A stretch of 63,775 nucleotides of DNA, filler included, from Olpidium bornovanus S191 (lineage: Eukaryota; Fungi; Olpidiomycota): assembly GCA_017911155.1 (NCBI GenBank). It is 28 parts of 28 records of this genome, joined end to end, with 100 filler letters (N's around TTAATTAATTAA, not from the genome) between each part and the next. Parts side by side here need not be neighbours in the genome. Positions count along the whole stretch, not along the records: positions 9,200 to 10,748 come from JAEFCI010010627.1; positions 10,849 to 13,961 come from JAEFCI010004878.1; positions 14,062 to 15,456 come from JAEFCI010010660.1; positions 15,557 to 18,944 come from JAEFCI010011711.1; positions 19,045 to 20,582 come from JAEFCI010006878.1; positions 20,683 to 22,709 come from JAEFCI010007374.1; positions 22,810 to 24,906 come from JAEFCI010000895.1; 21 more parts are not named here. The stretch is one strand, 5' to 3'. The notes beneath the pieces were generated by a model. It had not been told where the DNA came from. It saw nothing but the letters and a program-made list of their open reading frames with translations, and did no database searches. How positions within the stretch are numbered: position 1 is the first letter of the stretch; every line of letters begins with the position of its first letter. Made by a program: the position numbers and the translations under genes. This document shows, piece by piece, positions 10,509 to 22,912 of this stretch.

Positions 10509-11684
10509 TTTCCGTTTCCTCGTCTTTTACTTTTTATCCGGGAGGGAATGAATGCAACGCGCGGACATCCAAAACCAAAAAACTTCTGAGAGGTTATAAG
10601 CCCAAGGGTCTGACGCGCCTTAAGGACTAACCGCCTTCTGCCGTCGCCGTGAAGCCGCCACCGTACCACCTGCCGTCACCGTGAAAACATCGCCATACCC
10701 GCCTTTTGTCAAACATCCTGAAGATCAGAAACTCAACTTTGACCATGANNNNNNNNNNNNNNNNNNNNNNNNNNNNNNNNNNNNNNNNNNNNTTAATTAA
10801 TTAANNNNNNNNNNNNNNNNNNNNNNNNNNNNNNNNNNNNNNNNNNNNGCGGAGAGCCCGTGACCGTCACATACCTCTGTCACGTCGGTTTCGTTCGCGT
10901 CCGGGGGCCGTGAGTGCTTCAACGACCCTGCTCTCCCGGGGAATGCTCACCAGCCTCGCGTCGAGCATGGCCCTAAGTGTCAGGTTATTCCCATCGGCCC
11001 CCTTCCACAAAGTACCACGGGTGATGGCGGATTTGCGGTTTTCGACGTCGTCGCACGCCCGGCCCGCCTTTTTCGCTCTGAAGCTCAAGCCCGCATTTTC
11101 TTTTTTTGCGCGGGCGTGTGCCGTGAGCCGCTTCTCTTTTTCCGTTTGTTTCTTTACGCCCTCCCTCCTCACACCGCGCGACCCGTCGAAGGAGGAGGGC
11201 ACGGATGCGGGAAACGCGCAGTCCGGCGGGGGTGGGGGGGAGGGAGAGCGTGCAGGTCCTACAAAAAAAAGAAGAAGAAAAAAAAAATTCCCGCGGCGGC
11301 AGCCTTGAAAATGAAACGTACGCGGGCGAACACCTCGCACTCCGGGAACTGACGAATGGTAATTGGATGAAACGAGGCTGCTCGTGCGGGGAGGCGCGAC
11401 CCATTCTGGCCCGCCAGTTGGGGCAGTCTCGACGCATCACCCGCCCGCGAAGTCAAAGCACCAACATTTTGACGAATGGGGAGGCCGGAGGGCGCGCCCT
11501 CTTTCTCGTATAACGGATGTGTTTCTTGTTTGTTGGGGGGGGTGGTCGGCGGGCGGCCGGCGCCTTTTTTTTTTTTTTTTCGGCCGCGCGGGAGCCCGAC
11601 GGAAAACTAGGGGCGCCGCCACGCAAAAAACCACCCATTCACGCCGGCAGTTAACGCCCACACGCCGCGGCACGCAGCAGCAGC

Positions 11685-12991
11685 ATGGGCAGGCACTCCG
11701 ACCATACCAGGGACCCTTGGTAAGTCGTGTTGGCCTGCTTGTGTGCGGTCGATAATGACGGTGCAGAAGTCTTCGGACGACAGGGCGGGACGAGGGATGA
11801 ATGCTGCTGTTTCTTGCTCCCCACCTCGGCCCTCCCTCGTCCCGCCTCTTGGTGAGTTCTCTATGGTCGCAGCCTACTCTGTTCTCGGCCGGAACGGGGA
11901 GGGCCCGGGCATCGGTGCAGGTTTCCCGCCGCCGACGGCTACGGTCGCGTTCGGATTCTCCCGCGCTTCCACTCTCCGGAACACCCTTTGCGAGAGCAGA
12001 GCAAAAGAGCTTTCCTTCTCCCGCATTCAAAGCACCGAGTTTTGCGGACGGAGACGCTTAAAGTCGGGCTCGGCCGGTGTTGCCGGGCCCGACGACAGCC
12101 GAATGTTCGCGGGAGGATTGCCCCTTTTTGAGGGCCGGGCCTTTTTGTTTGCATTGGAGAAGACGTTTTGGCCGCCGAAGCGCACAGTGACGACGCCCGT
12201 GCAGCCCCAAACCCTTCCTCGTCGGGCATATTTGCCAAGTCGTTTCGTTGCTATGGCTTATACGTGACCCACGTTTTCTGCGAACGGCCAGTCCGTGGGT
12301 CATCGTCAACGACATCGGCGGTGCGTTCTGCATGGGCGCAATCGGCGGCGCAATATGGCACTCAGTCAAGGGGGCGAAGAACTCTCCGAAGGTTCGAAAA
12401 CCCGTCGTTTTGACACCTCGTTCGCGCGCGGAAGACGCGCTTCCGGCGAGAACAAATCGTTTTTTTGTATCGTTTACGCTCTTTTTTATCTTTTTTTTTC
12501 AGGGCGAACGCATAATCGGAGCCGTGTCCGCCGCGAAGCTGCGCGCACCAGTTCTCGGAGGTAACTTTGCCGTGTGGGGCGGACTGTTCTCGACGTTCGA
12601 CTGTGGGATTAAGGGCATACGACAGAAGGAGGACCCCTGGAATTCCATCGCGTCCGGTTTTCTTACCGGCGGCGTCCTGGCTCTGAGAAGTGAGTGTTGT
12701 CCCCGAGACACCGGCCGGGCTGCTAGAGTGGGGGGGGGACCTCGAAACATCGCGTGCTTGCCCGTGAACTTGCTGATGTTACTCACTGGTGTGTCAATTT
12801 CACAACGGGTCTGTTTTCGCGCGTTGCCAAAAACAGGCGGCGCCCGCGCGGCGACCGTTTCCGCCGTCGTGGGCGGCATTCTCCTCGCTGCCATTGAAGG
12901 TGTCGGCATTGTGACCACCCGGTATTTCGCGCCGCAGCCCGTGGCTCCACCATTACCCGAACTGCCTGCGGCACCCCCTGCCCCACAATAG
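11685..12991 (+). CDS. TIM17: Mitochondrial inner membrane translocase subunit Tim17 (complete, 4 exons)
   Basis: Exon 1 (11685-11719) spliced to 12292 gives [35 protein letters not shown]. Later exons give [37 protein letters not shown] and [17 protein letters not shown]. Stop at 12991. Confidence 0.97.
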
Positions 12992-13404
12992 ACGGAAGGA
13001 GTAGAGTTGCAGTGCAAGAGTCACTTCTTAAGTGTGAAGTCCAAATGAGGCGTGTGGAGTACGATCCGTAGATGTGACATCCGCTGTCAGATCTGAATTT
13101 TTTTGGTTTGGTTTATTTTTAGATTCCCGATTCCCCCTTCCCCTTCCCACATCATTCTGCCGTTCAGTAGTTTCAGGGATGTAGCGAAAGCGGCGGTACG
13201 CTCGGTCCCGCCGGAGTGAGCCCTCACGCTTGCATTTGGGTGACACTTGCGAGGTATCCGCGTCACCCTTCCCTCCTGTAGAAAAAAAAAGAGGAAAAAT
13301 TGCAAACATAATTGTTCTTTGGGCATATTCCTTTACGGCTAGATTATATATTCACGCGGACGTGGTCGACATCCTCTTGTCACGAGACCCAGTTCGGCGC
13401 TTAC

Positions 13405-13584
13405 CTACCGATTCACGTCCCAATTCGCGATGGCCAGGACGGAAATGACGAACATCCCGATCCAAAACAGGACGAACGGGACCAGCCGGGCCCTGCCACT
13501 TGCGGCGCTCCTGCGCTGGCCGGGCTTCTTGGCGTATTGCCCCCAGCGTGTCGGCGCGCCCTCGGGCGCCGCTTCCGTTCCCAT
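13405..13584 (-). CDS. Candidate 59-aa single-pass membrane microprotein (or last exon of a larger gene)
   Basis: MGTEAAPEGAPTRWGQYAKKPGQRRSAASGRARLVPFVLFWIGMFVISVLAIANWDVNR*: basic N-terminus plus one hydrophobic helix. No family recognised. Confidence 0.3.
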   Translation of the reverse strand: MGTEAAPEGAPTRWGQYAKKPGQRRSAASGRARLVPFVLFWIGMFVISVLAIANWDVNR

Positions 13585-14824
13585 TTGGGGGCGGGCGCGC
13601 GCGCCGACGAAGGGTAAAAAAGCGTCCACAGGGAAGATGCGTGCGTGCGCGCGTGCGTGCTGGGGCGGGGGGGGGAGGGGGATGAGAGGAAAAGGTGTGG
13701 CGGCCAATCTTTTCTTTATTTTTTATTTTACCTTTTATTTTTTCCCCTTTGGTTTTTTTTTTTTTTTTTTTTTTTCCTGCCCCGTCTCTCGAGAGTGTCC
13801 CTTTTCCCCGCACCCTTCCCCTTTCCCCCGCGTCCTTCCCTCCCCCACCTTTTCCCCTCTTTCCCCGCGCCGCCGCCTTCTCCTCCTTTTTCCTTCCTCA
13901 GGAGCACGCCGCCTGATCCCTAACCCTCTCCCTTCCTGATCCCCCCCCCCCCCCCCCCCCCNNNNNNNNNNNNNNNNNNNNNNNNNNNNNNNNNNNNNNN
14001 NNNNNTTAATTAATTAANNNNNNNNNNNNNNNNNNNNNNNNNNNNNNNNNNNNNNNNNNNNCATGAGGCCATTGTCACCAAGGGGCGTGTCTCGCATCTG
14101 TTCTCTGCAAGTACCTTCCTTCCGATTTGCTGGTCCGGGCTCTGTATTTCCGCTGATGTTGTAAGGGGCGACGGAAACTTTTCCAATGATGGACCCCATT
14201 GACTAAGTCTGGTGAGTGCCGCAATAACCCGTATCCTGTATTCAAACTGCGGCTCTGGTTGCTGTTACCTTGGCTACCTGTTCCCACAGAGGAGGGCATC
14301 CCTCCATAAGCCAAAGGGTTGGGGCCACGGGCACCACAATGCTTCGAACAGATCCTGCCCAGAGTTTGGCACACCAAAACAAACCAATGTCTGCGCGAGT
14401 CGAGCGGACAACCGCAGCCGCGTCTTTTCGCAATGGGGAGCTGAGGTCTCCCACGCCACATACATGTACTTTCCAGGGCCGATGCACGTGGAACGAGGGG
14501 GGAGGGGAGAAGTCCGTCGCGTGCGGCGGGAGGTTTCGCGACTGTGGGGCTTCCGCAATCCAGGTCACGTGATGGAATGCTTGACGTTTTCCGCAGCGAC
14601 CGACGCACGTGGCCTTTTTTTGGGGGGGGGGGGAGGGGGGGGGGGGGATTTTTTTTTATTGGCTCTCCCCAAATAATCGGCCGACGACTTCGTTTTGCAC
14701 TCGCTCTCACTTTCCAGTCCCCGGCGCGCAGAAACGGGCAACCCCTTTGTCCGACAGCGAACCCAACACCGGCGCAGAACGTCCGCGTGATAATCGTCTC
14801 CACCCCACACGACGGACGAAAGTC

Positions 14825-15442
14825 ATGAGCGCAACCGCCATCACGGGCACCAATCCCCGGAGGGATTTGACCTCGTGCCAGCGGACGGTCGTCCGGTATT
14901 CTGCGCTGTTCTTCAACTTCCTTGTGCTCCTGGTCGGCGTCGCCACGGTGTGCCTGGGATGCTACGTGTACTCCAGGATGACGCCGGAGGCCATCGCCGG
15001 ATACGCTCTCCTCGTCCCGCTGAAGGAGTTTTTCGCGGGTACAGTTTTGCGACACCGCCCTTTTTCTTCGTTATCCCTTTTTTGTTTGATTTTTCCGGAC
15101 CACCCACCACTTCGCTGTTCCACTTAACCTGACATCGCCCCCGACCCGGTCACCCGTCTTTTTTTTCGGCCTGTGCTGCGTCCAAAAGTCGGAATCATCC
15201 TGGGGGCCACCCTCGTACTTTTCAGCATTCTGGGCACGGCGGGCGCGTTTCTGCGCATCCGGGTGGCGCTCGTTCTCTACGCCGGCGTCGTGTTAATTTG
15301 CCTTGTGGTGCACGTGTCCGCCGGATCGATGGCGTACGTGCAACATATGATCCGGCCAGACGGGAAGATCACGGCAACGGTGATGATGGGCGAAGCGTGG
15401 AACAAGCTTGATGAAGCTGGCAGAATTAAAGTGCAGATTGGG
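14825..15442 (+). CDS. Tetraspanin-family membrane protein, N-terminal 3 TM segments (3' partial)
   Basis: Exons 14825-15038 and 15189-15442: RYSALFFNFLVLLVGVATVCLGCY (TM1), VGIILGATLVLFSILGTAGA (TM2), RVALVLYAGVVLICLVVH (TM3), then a loop with AWNKLD...IKVQ typical of the tetraspanin large extracellular loop. Confidence 0.75.
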
Positions 15443-15926
15443 GTGAGCAAGGCATGNNNNNNNNNNNNNNNNNNNNNNNNNNNNNNNNNNNNNNNNNNNN
15501 TTAATTAATTAANNNNNNNNNNNNNNNNNNNNNNNNNNNNNNNNNNNNNNNNNNNNGGCCGCCCTGCGTGAGAGGGAAGAACGCCTTGCCCGTTTAGAAG
15601 AAGAACTCACGGCCAAACAGGCCGCTGCAACAGATGCCGCCACAGGCACGCACGCGTTAAAGAACGAACTAACTGAGCTCGTTGAGAGCCGTTTTTCTCA
15701 ACTTCTCTCCCTTCTCGAGCGCCAAACTCAACAAGCCAACGCTCCACCGCAGCAAGGGCGCAAACCAAGCTCAGCAGCCAAAGGCCCTGTCTCTGAACCT
15801 TACTACGCTGAACCACCTCATTATCGAGAATACAATGAGGATGCCCACTCCGACACGTCCAGAGGTCACCCAAATTCCCCCACACCCTCACAAGACGCAG
15901 ACCCGGTAATAAAACTTGCCTGCTCC

Positions 15927-17900
15927 ATGGTTAAGCCACTGCTAGCAGATGTCCCAGTCTATGACAGCACAGGGGTGCTGCCTCACTCAAGAACTTTATC
16001 AGCAAGTTTGATGCGTATTCAACAGAGGCTACTGACCTCGTTCCTGAACGTATTCAACTCCTACAGGCAGCAGGCAAACTCGAAAAATTTGCATCCGCGT
16101 TCTCCCAAACTAACCAACATGTTCACGCGCATAAAAGCAATGCTGATCGTTGGTGCAGATGGCTTGATCTGCGCACTGCCCTTCGCAAACGGTTTTACCC
16201 AGTCGACCACCTTCAGCGCGTAAAGGAGAAACTAATGCGCTTCGATTTCACTCGCTCACACAACATTCAAAGCTACACTGAAGCTTTCATCAATCTCCTT
16301 CAACAAATCCAAATTGCTGGACCCGTTGACTCTAATGCATCGATGACGGCATACACACAAGGACTACCCAGAGAGTACAAAAGTTTAAGTCGCACATCAC
16401 AACCAAACGATCTCCAGGACCTCCAAGATGCATTGCAGCAATACACCACGATTCAACGTTGGCCAAAAATATCACACGCCAATCACACGCAAAAACAGCA
16501 AACCAATGGCAAGTCACCTTCTGTTTCGTCTACCTTTACTAAAAACGCACCTCCATCCGATCACAATCCACAGACACATTACAAAACGTGTGCCGGTCAG
16601 CTCATACCTTGGACTGAAGTAGTCTGCCGAGGCTGCAAGAAAACAGGACACCTTGCCTCCCGCTGCCCGGACAAACCATACGAGAATCACCGAGGATTAC
16701 GTCGCCAAAACCAACCACAAGCGCACAACGTAGCTGCAGAACATGAACCCGGATCACCCACACGACAAAACCCGCCAGTCGTTCTACACACGCGTGCCGC
16801 ACCGACGAGCCGCGCCTGTGTTTCTAACACACACGCGCATACTACTGACGATACTCCTGCTCCTCTCATATTAATTGACTGCGGCGCGTCTGACCATTCC
16901 TCTCCGGACATACAGAAATTCACGGCACTAGACACTGGCAACACAACTACGCTTTTCACTGCCGCTGTGACAGATGCCGGTACAAAGACCGGGGGTATAG
17001 GCACTATGCGCATCAATGGCATTGACCGTCCCCTAGATCTAACTAACACTCTCTATACACCGCACCTACGCCACACACTCCTTTCTGTGGGAAAAGCCAC
17101 CCGAAATGGCGTCCGTGTTACTTTTGAACTTGACAGATGCGCCTTGTTCACACAACATAACCAAATTGTTGCACGTGCTAACAGGACCGTCGATGATTGT
17201 TCTAGAAGAACACACAGCCGACCACACACCGCAAGAGTCCTCATTCACCAAGGCTGCCGCCCTTGCCAACAATCGCTGCTCACCTGTGTCGACTAGCCAA
17301 CACGATGCCTCTATCTGGCATCGCCGATTCTGCCATCTTGGCTACAAAAATCTCGAGAAAGTCCACACTTTGGTAACAGGCATTCCCCGTTTAGTCGCTT
17401 TGGATACACTAACACATGGTTGCAAAAACTGCCTCTTTGCCAAAGTCACACGCCTTCCACACCCACCAAGCACGACCACCTATGCGACAGCCAAACTCAT
17501 CCATTCGGACGTTATTGGCCCCATGCCTCTCGGCTGGAACAATGAAAACTATTGTGTTTCGTACATTGACCACCACTCACATTATGCAAAGTCTTTCTCT
17601 CTCTCTTCCAAGGAGACATGGCACCTGCTCATGGCCTTCAAGGCATACCAAGCATTGCTTGAAAAAACATCTGCGCATAAAGTCAAGATTCACCGCACGG
17701 ATCGCGGCTCCGAGTACATCTCCGACGAATAGCCCAATACCCTACGGACCAGGGTATTCGCACCCAGCTTACAATTCGAGACACATCGGAGCACAATAGC
17801 ATCACCGAAAGATTCAACAGGACCATTGATGAGAGAACACGACACTCTTCTCGTCCAGACCCCCGCTGCACTTATGGCCAGACGTTTGGCAATCTGTTGT
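15927..17900 (+). mobile_element. Decayed LTR retrotransposon: Ty3-type Gag + CCHC + Ty1/copia-type protease and integrase
   Basis: Gag PVYDSTG[fs]GAASLKNFISKFDAY...WLDLRTALRKRFYPVDHLQRVKEKLMRFDF...IQSYTEAFINLL; knuckle CRGCKKTGHLASRC; protease LIDCGASDH...LTNTLYTPHLRHTLLSV; pre-integrase WHRRFCHLG; integrase LIHSDVIGP, IHRTDRGSEY, HNSITERFNRTI. Frameshifts and stops present. Confidence 0.92.
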
Positions 17901-18023
17901 CCGCGTCTACAACCTCTCTCCGCATTCCTGTAGCAGAGTGTGGCGCGTCTGCTCAGCAACGCCGCTTGCCGTCCACACAAAGGGGACCAGGGGGACACCC
18001 CCCACGTGTGCCACCCCCCTAGT

Positions 18024-18190
18024 GCGCGGGACAAGACCCACAACCGCGGGGCAAAACCCGCCCGCGCGGAACAAGTCCCGCCCCCGCGGAACAAGTCCCG
18101 CCCCCCCGGAACAAGTCCCGCCCCCGCGGAACAAGACCCGCCCATGCGGAACAAGTCCCGCCCCCGCGGGCCAAAAACTCGCCCATGCGG
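18024..18190. repeat. 20-bp minisatellite (gcggaacaagtcccgccccc), about 8 copies
   Basis: Direct head-to-tail repeats with no spacers. Confidence 0.9.
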
Positions 18191-18716
18191 TGTCGGGTAA
18201 TAACTCGACCCGACGTGAGTTCGCAGGTTGCAGTTGAGGATAGCCCGAGGCTCTATCGCTGCCGGGCGGCAAGGGACTTCTCCGCTGTCGAGCACGCTCG
18301 CTCTCCGCAGGCCTTCGAAGGAGTCTCCGATCGTACGGGCGCCCAGCCAAGGTTCTCGAACCCGAGGAGCACGCCAACCCTCCGTCATTGGAGGGTCACG
18401 GTCGCACGGCGTCCGGACCAAACGTTCGCTGCCCGCTCGAAGGTTCCTTCGTTTGTTTATTATTTGTTTGGTGTGGGTGTCCACGCCGCCGGGGTTTTAC
18501 AACGAGAGAGAGGGGGGGGGGAAACAAAAGGGCTCCGTTCGGGCGCCCCGGCCGTCAGGGCAAGAAATTGCCCGACAACCCGCCCCCTCGCGACATTCCC
18601 CGCTTAGTCGAGGGACATGTCGCGAACTATGAATAAGCAAAGGAGAGAGCAAGGAAAAGAAGGAAAAAGGAAAACAAAAGAAACTAAAAAAAGGAGACAA
18701 AAGATCAACAGTAGAG

Positions 18717-18944
18717 ACCCAAATGTGGCCATGGCTAATCGTGTGCAACACATGGCAGGAACTGTAATCCACGATTTTGTCGCCAACAGAGTCGCCCGAG
18801 ACCTCCTGCGACATGCGCTCGATGTAGACGGTGCGGACTTTGCGCGTGTTTCGGCGCCCAACATCTTCTGGCAGCCGATGACCGGGCTCGCAATGTTGAG
18901 CTTCATGTTGGGCGCTGCCCCGGCTCGTCCGGCCGGAACTGACC
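18717..18944 (+). CDS. Probable exon of an unidentified protein (contig end)
   Basis: Open, protein-like frame DPNVAMANRVQHMAGTVIHDFVANRVARDLLRHALDVDGADFARVSAPNIFWQPMTGLAMLSFMLG. Family not recognised. Confidence 0.35.
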
Positions 18945-19058
18945 NNNNNNNNNNNNNNNNNNNNNNNNNNNNNNNNNNNNNNNNNNNNTTAATTAATTAA
19001 NNNNNNNNNNNNNNNNNNNNNNNNNNNNNNNNNNNNNNNNNNNNCGCCCCCCCACCCC

Positions 19059-19103
<45 letters not shown>

Positions 19104-19908
19104 CGCGCCCTTCCAAAGGCTCACGCGGGTTGACTAGTGTTCCGCGGTCGAAGCGAATCGGGTTCTCTTGGACGGAAAGCTGGGGAAGGGAATACGCGTG
19201 GAGGGGAAGAGAGGGGAGGGTAGGCGCGGACGTGGGGCCCCGCTGCGGACGGGGAGATTTTGCAAGCGGCTAGCTGCCGAGGCAGGCATAAACGGAGGGA
19301 AAATGGGCGCCGGCCGCCAAAACAGTGGGCGGTCCGAGCGCGGGAAAGAGCGGGGCCCCGAGCGGGAACCTCGACAACCCGGCAGGCGGCCTCACCGCCT
19401 GAGGGAAAAATCCCAGGCTCGGCACTCGCAGCGGCAAGCTGGCTCACTGCAACCGGGGGAAAGGGGCTGGGTTGAAGTGGATGGGCGAGGGGGGGGGCGG
19501 GAGCGCGCGCCCGCGTTCGCGAGCCCCTCGTTGTTGGACGCGACGAGTTTTTTTCCACGCGACGGGAACGGGGGGAGCGTTTTTTTTTTTCTTGTTCTCC
19601 CCCGCCTTTCGCGCGGCGTGACACGCGTTTTTGTGCCGCCCGCAAAAATTCGGGCGACGCGGTCGGGGAATTAAACGAAAACGCGAAGCGGAAAAGGTCC
19701 TCACACCCTCCCCCCCTCGCCCGCCCCGCCCAGCCTCGCCCGCGCGGCCTTAAGGACCCCCCCCCCCTCCCCCACCCCCAACTGCCGCCCTCCCCAACCT
19801 CCCGCGTCCGCGAACTTTCCCCGTTCCCCACGAAGGACGTCCTTGCCTCTTTCCCCCTTCCTCCCCCTTCCCCCCCCCACACCCTCCTCCGCAAGGAAGA
19901 AGTCCCCG

Positions 19909-20374
19909 ATGGTCGTCTTCCGCTTTCGGGCGGCGGCGGTCCCGCTCGCCGTCCCCCTCCTCGCTCTCCCGACGAGGGCGGCGGCCGCAAAAGTACACCC
20001 CGAGGTCTTCGTTCCGACGTGCGAGGGCATCCCGCCGATCACCGAAATATCCACGAGGGTGAGGAAGAAAAAGGGGAAAAATGCAAGGAAAAAAAAAGGA
20101 TCTTTTCTTCCAACCCCTTTACCAGAGAACGGGCGGTTTTCCTTGTTTCTTTTCCAAAAAAGCCGGAGACTTCGGGGATCGCGGGCGCGCGCGCGTGCCT
20201 GCGACGCACCACCAGGCCCTGCTGACCAACCACGTCCCCTCCGGGCGCGCGGTTTTTTTTTTCTTTTTGGGTTTTGGCCCGGCCCCCTTTTTCTCCGTTT
20301 ACTTTTGCAGCTGTTCGCCGTGACCACGACGCTTTACGCCTTGCAGACAAACGGGACCGTCTCCACCCTGCCAC
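19909..20374 (+). CDS. N-terminus of a putative secreted or membrane protein (2 exons visible)
   Basis: Signal-peptide-like MVVFRFRAAAVPLAVPLLALPTRAAAA. Exon 19909-20058 ends at GTGAGG; exon 20311-20374 lies between CAG and GTAAGG. Confidence 0.4.
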
Positions 20375-20468
20375 GTAAGGGCGAATCGCGTTTTTATCAC
20401 TCTCGATTTCACCCTCTGTTTTCCTCTATCACTGCTCGCCAATGCCATTTCCGGCACCCGGTCGCGCG

Positions 20469-20524
<56 letters not shown>

Positions 20525-20526
20525 TT

Positions 20527-20559
<33 letters not shown>

Positions 20560-20973
20560 GCTTTTCGCGTGTTTCCCACTCCNNNNNNNNNNNNNNNNNN
20601 NNNNNNNNNNNNNNNNNNNNNNNNNNTTAATTAATTAANNNNNNNNNNNNNNNNNNNNNNNNNNNNNNNNNNNNNNNNNNNNCATGTTTTTCGCCCGCTG
20701 TTGCGCGCATCTGTGTACGAGAGACCCCCATCCCCGTCCATACGCTTTTCCGACGTGACGCTTGTTACAGTCGGACTGCGGCCTGCGCGGAACGAAATCA
20801 GAAAATACCGAGAATAACAAGGAGGAGCAAACCTAAAGCACGAAAAGATGTGCAATCCAAAATGGCCGTCGGGAGGGGAAGGTATGCGGTGCAGGTAAAA
20901 GGCGAAGAGCGAACCGTACTGGGGGCGGGCCGTTAACAGCAAAGTTGTGAAAGTCGCGCATCAAGCCGTTCTT

Positions 20974-22448
20974 TCAACAAGGGCATCCTTGCTCCGCGTT
21001 GTGTTCCCGTAGGTCAATCCCGCGCTGACCCACGCCCTGCCCGCGCCTCGCCGCGAGCTGCTCCAGCGGCATCTTTCTCGCTGGAAACGGGAATGAGACG
21101 CGGAAACAGCGTTATTTTTTATGTTGAGGTCGGGGGTTCGGTTGTGCAAAGCAAGCAAGCGGGCCGGGACCGTTTTCGCCGCGGCGGGAGGAGAAAAGTC
21201 AAAAAACGTGCCTATGGAGGTGAAGAGCTCGCTGACGTTCGTTCCGCTCTTTGCGGAGGTCTCGAAAAACAGGAGCCCCGTCTCCTCGGCGTACGCCTGC
21301 GCTTCCTGGTTCGCCAAAAGGGAAAACAGGCGTGCGGAGTGCGGGTACATAAAAAAAAACAAAAAGGTGAGAAAAGACGACGGCGGCAGTTCCGCGGAAA
21401 GGCTCCCGAATTTCCTTGGGACGGAAAATTTTCCGGCGACAGCGCCGGAGTGGCACCCACTTCTATTGGCACGGCCCTGCGCGCTTCCAGATCGCACTTG
21501 TTGCCCGCAAGCGCGATGACGATGTTTGGGTCCGCTTGTCGCTGCAACTCCTTCACCCACGATTTCGCTTTGTCTAGCGACGCCTGGCAGAGGAAACCGA
21601 CCGAAGGGGACACGTCAGAGGGTGGGTGCAGGTGAAAAAAAAAATTGGGGCCCGGCCCCGTCTTGTTCGGCGGACGCGTTTGCGAATAATCTACCGTTTG
21701 CGTAATGTCGTAGACAACCACGGCGCAGTTGGCGTTTCGGTAGTACATCGGGGCCAGCGACTTGTAACGTTCCTGCCCTGCCGTGTCCCTTGATTCACAC
21801 GCATAAGACAAGAGAAATCGGGCGGGGACGGGGAAGGGGTTGTGGGAGGGGGGGTGCGGGGGGGGGCGAGTAAGGGCCTCCCAGCTGCGCACAGCAGCGG
21901 CGCAGCGTTAAACCCAAAACCCGGAAACACGGGCGACACACCATATCTCAAACTTGACCGTGGTGGAGTCGTCCAGGGCCACCGTCTGCGTCAGGAAGGC
22001 GGCTGGAGGCCGCCGCCGAAGGAACGTTGCCACTTCAGCGTCTCGACTCCCGTTGCCCCGCAACCACCGTGAGCTTTTGCGTTCGCGGCGGCGCACCAAC
22101 CTCCGATGGTGCTCTCCCTGTAGTCGTCGAACTGGTCTTTCACAAACCGAAGCACCAGGCTGCGGCGGGCCGGAAGAAGGGGGAAAGTGAGAGAGGGTTG
22201 ATAAGCGAGGCGGACGAGCTCTGAGGAATACGCCATGTGGCGCACGTCCGTTTTCGGAGCAACGTGGAATCTCTATCTCTCTTTTTCCTTTTTTTTCTTT
22301 TTTTTTTTTCTCTCTCTCTTCCTGTCCGCGCTTAGACTTTCTTGCACCTCGACTTTCCGACCGCGGACTCTCCGAGGAGGACGAGCTTGAACTGGTACAG
22401 CTTTCCGGGGCCAGCCGGCGCCTGGGCCTGACGGGCGGCAGTTGCCAT
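20974..22448 (-). CDS. Rab5-family GTPase (Ypt52/Vps21-like), complete, 7 exons
   Basis: [79 protein letters not shown], and the C-terminal CPC* prenylation motif. Confidence 0.97.
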
Positions 22449-22543
22449 CGCTCAGGAAAGTCGAGGCAGTTTTTGGGGGTGGGTTGGGGTGGCCTGGGCG
22501 GGCGTGGGAAGTGGGGGAGGGGGGGGGGGGGGTTTTGGGGGGT

Positions 22544-22586
<43 letters not shown>

Positions 22587-22628
22587 TTCTTCCCGGGCGG
22601 AAAATTTTGTTGTTCGCCTGCGGCCTCG

Positions 22629-22686
<58 letters not shown>

Positions 22687-22912
22687 CCTCTCCCCCCCCC
22701 CCCCCCCCCNNNNNNNNNNNNNNNNNNNNNNNNNNNNNNNNNNNNNNNNNNNNTTAATTAATTAANNNNNNNNNNNNNNNNNNNNNNNNNNNNNNNNNNN
22801 NNNNNNNNNAACGGCGCAGGCATTAGGCCGCGCCTATATAAAGCGCCACGCCCGACGTACCTTAGAGGTAGATCGTGCACAAAAGTCCCATCACAAAAAT
22901 CCTTGCAAAGCT

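Noticed and set aside
11720-12291. Long TIM17 first intron as a snoRNA host
   Set aside because: I could not find convincing paired C/D or H/ACA boxes by eye; an Infernal search would be needed.
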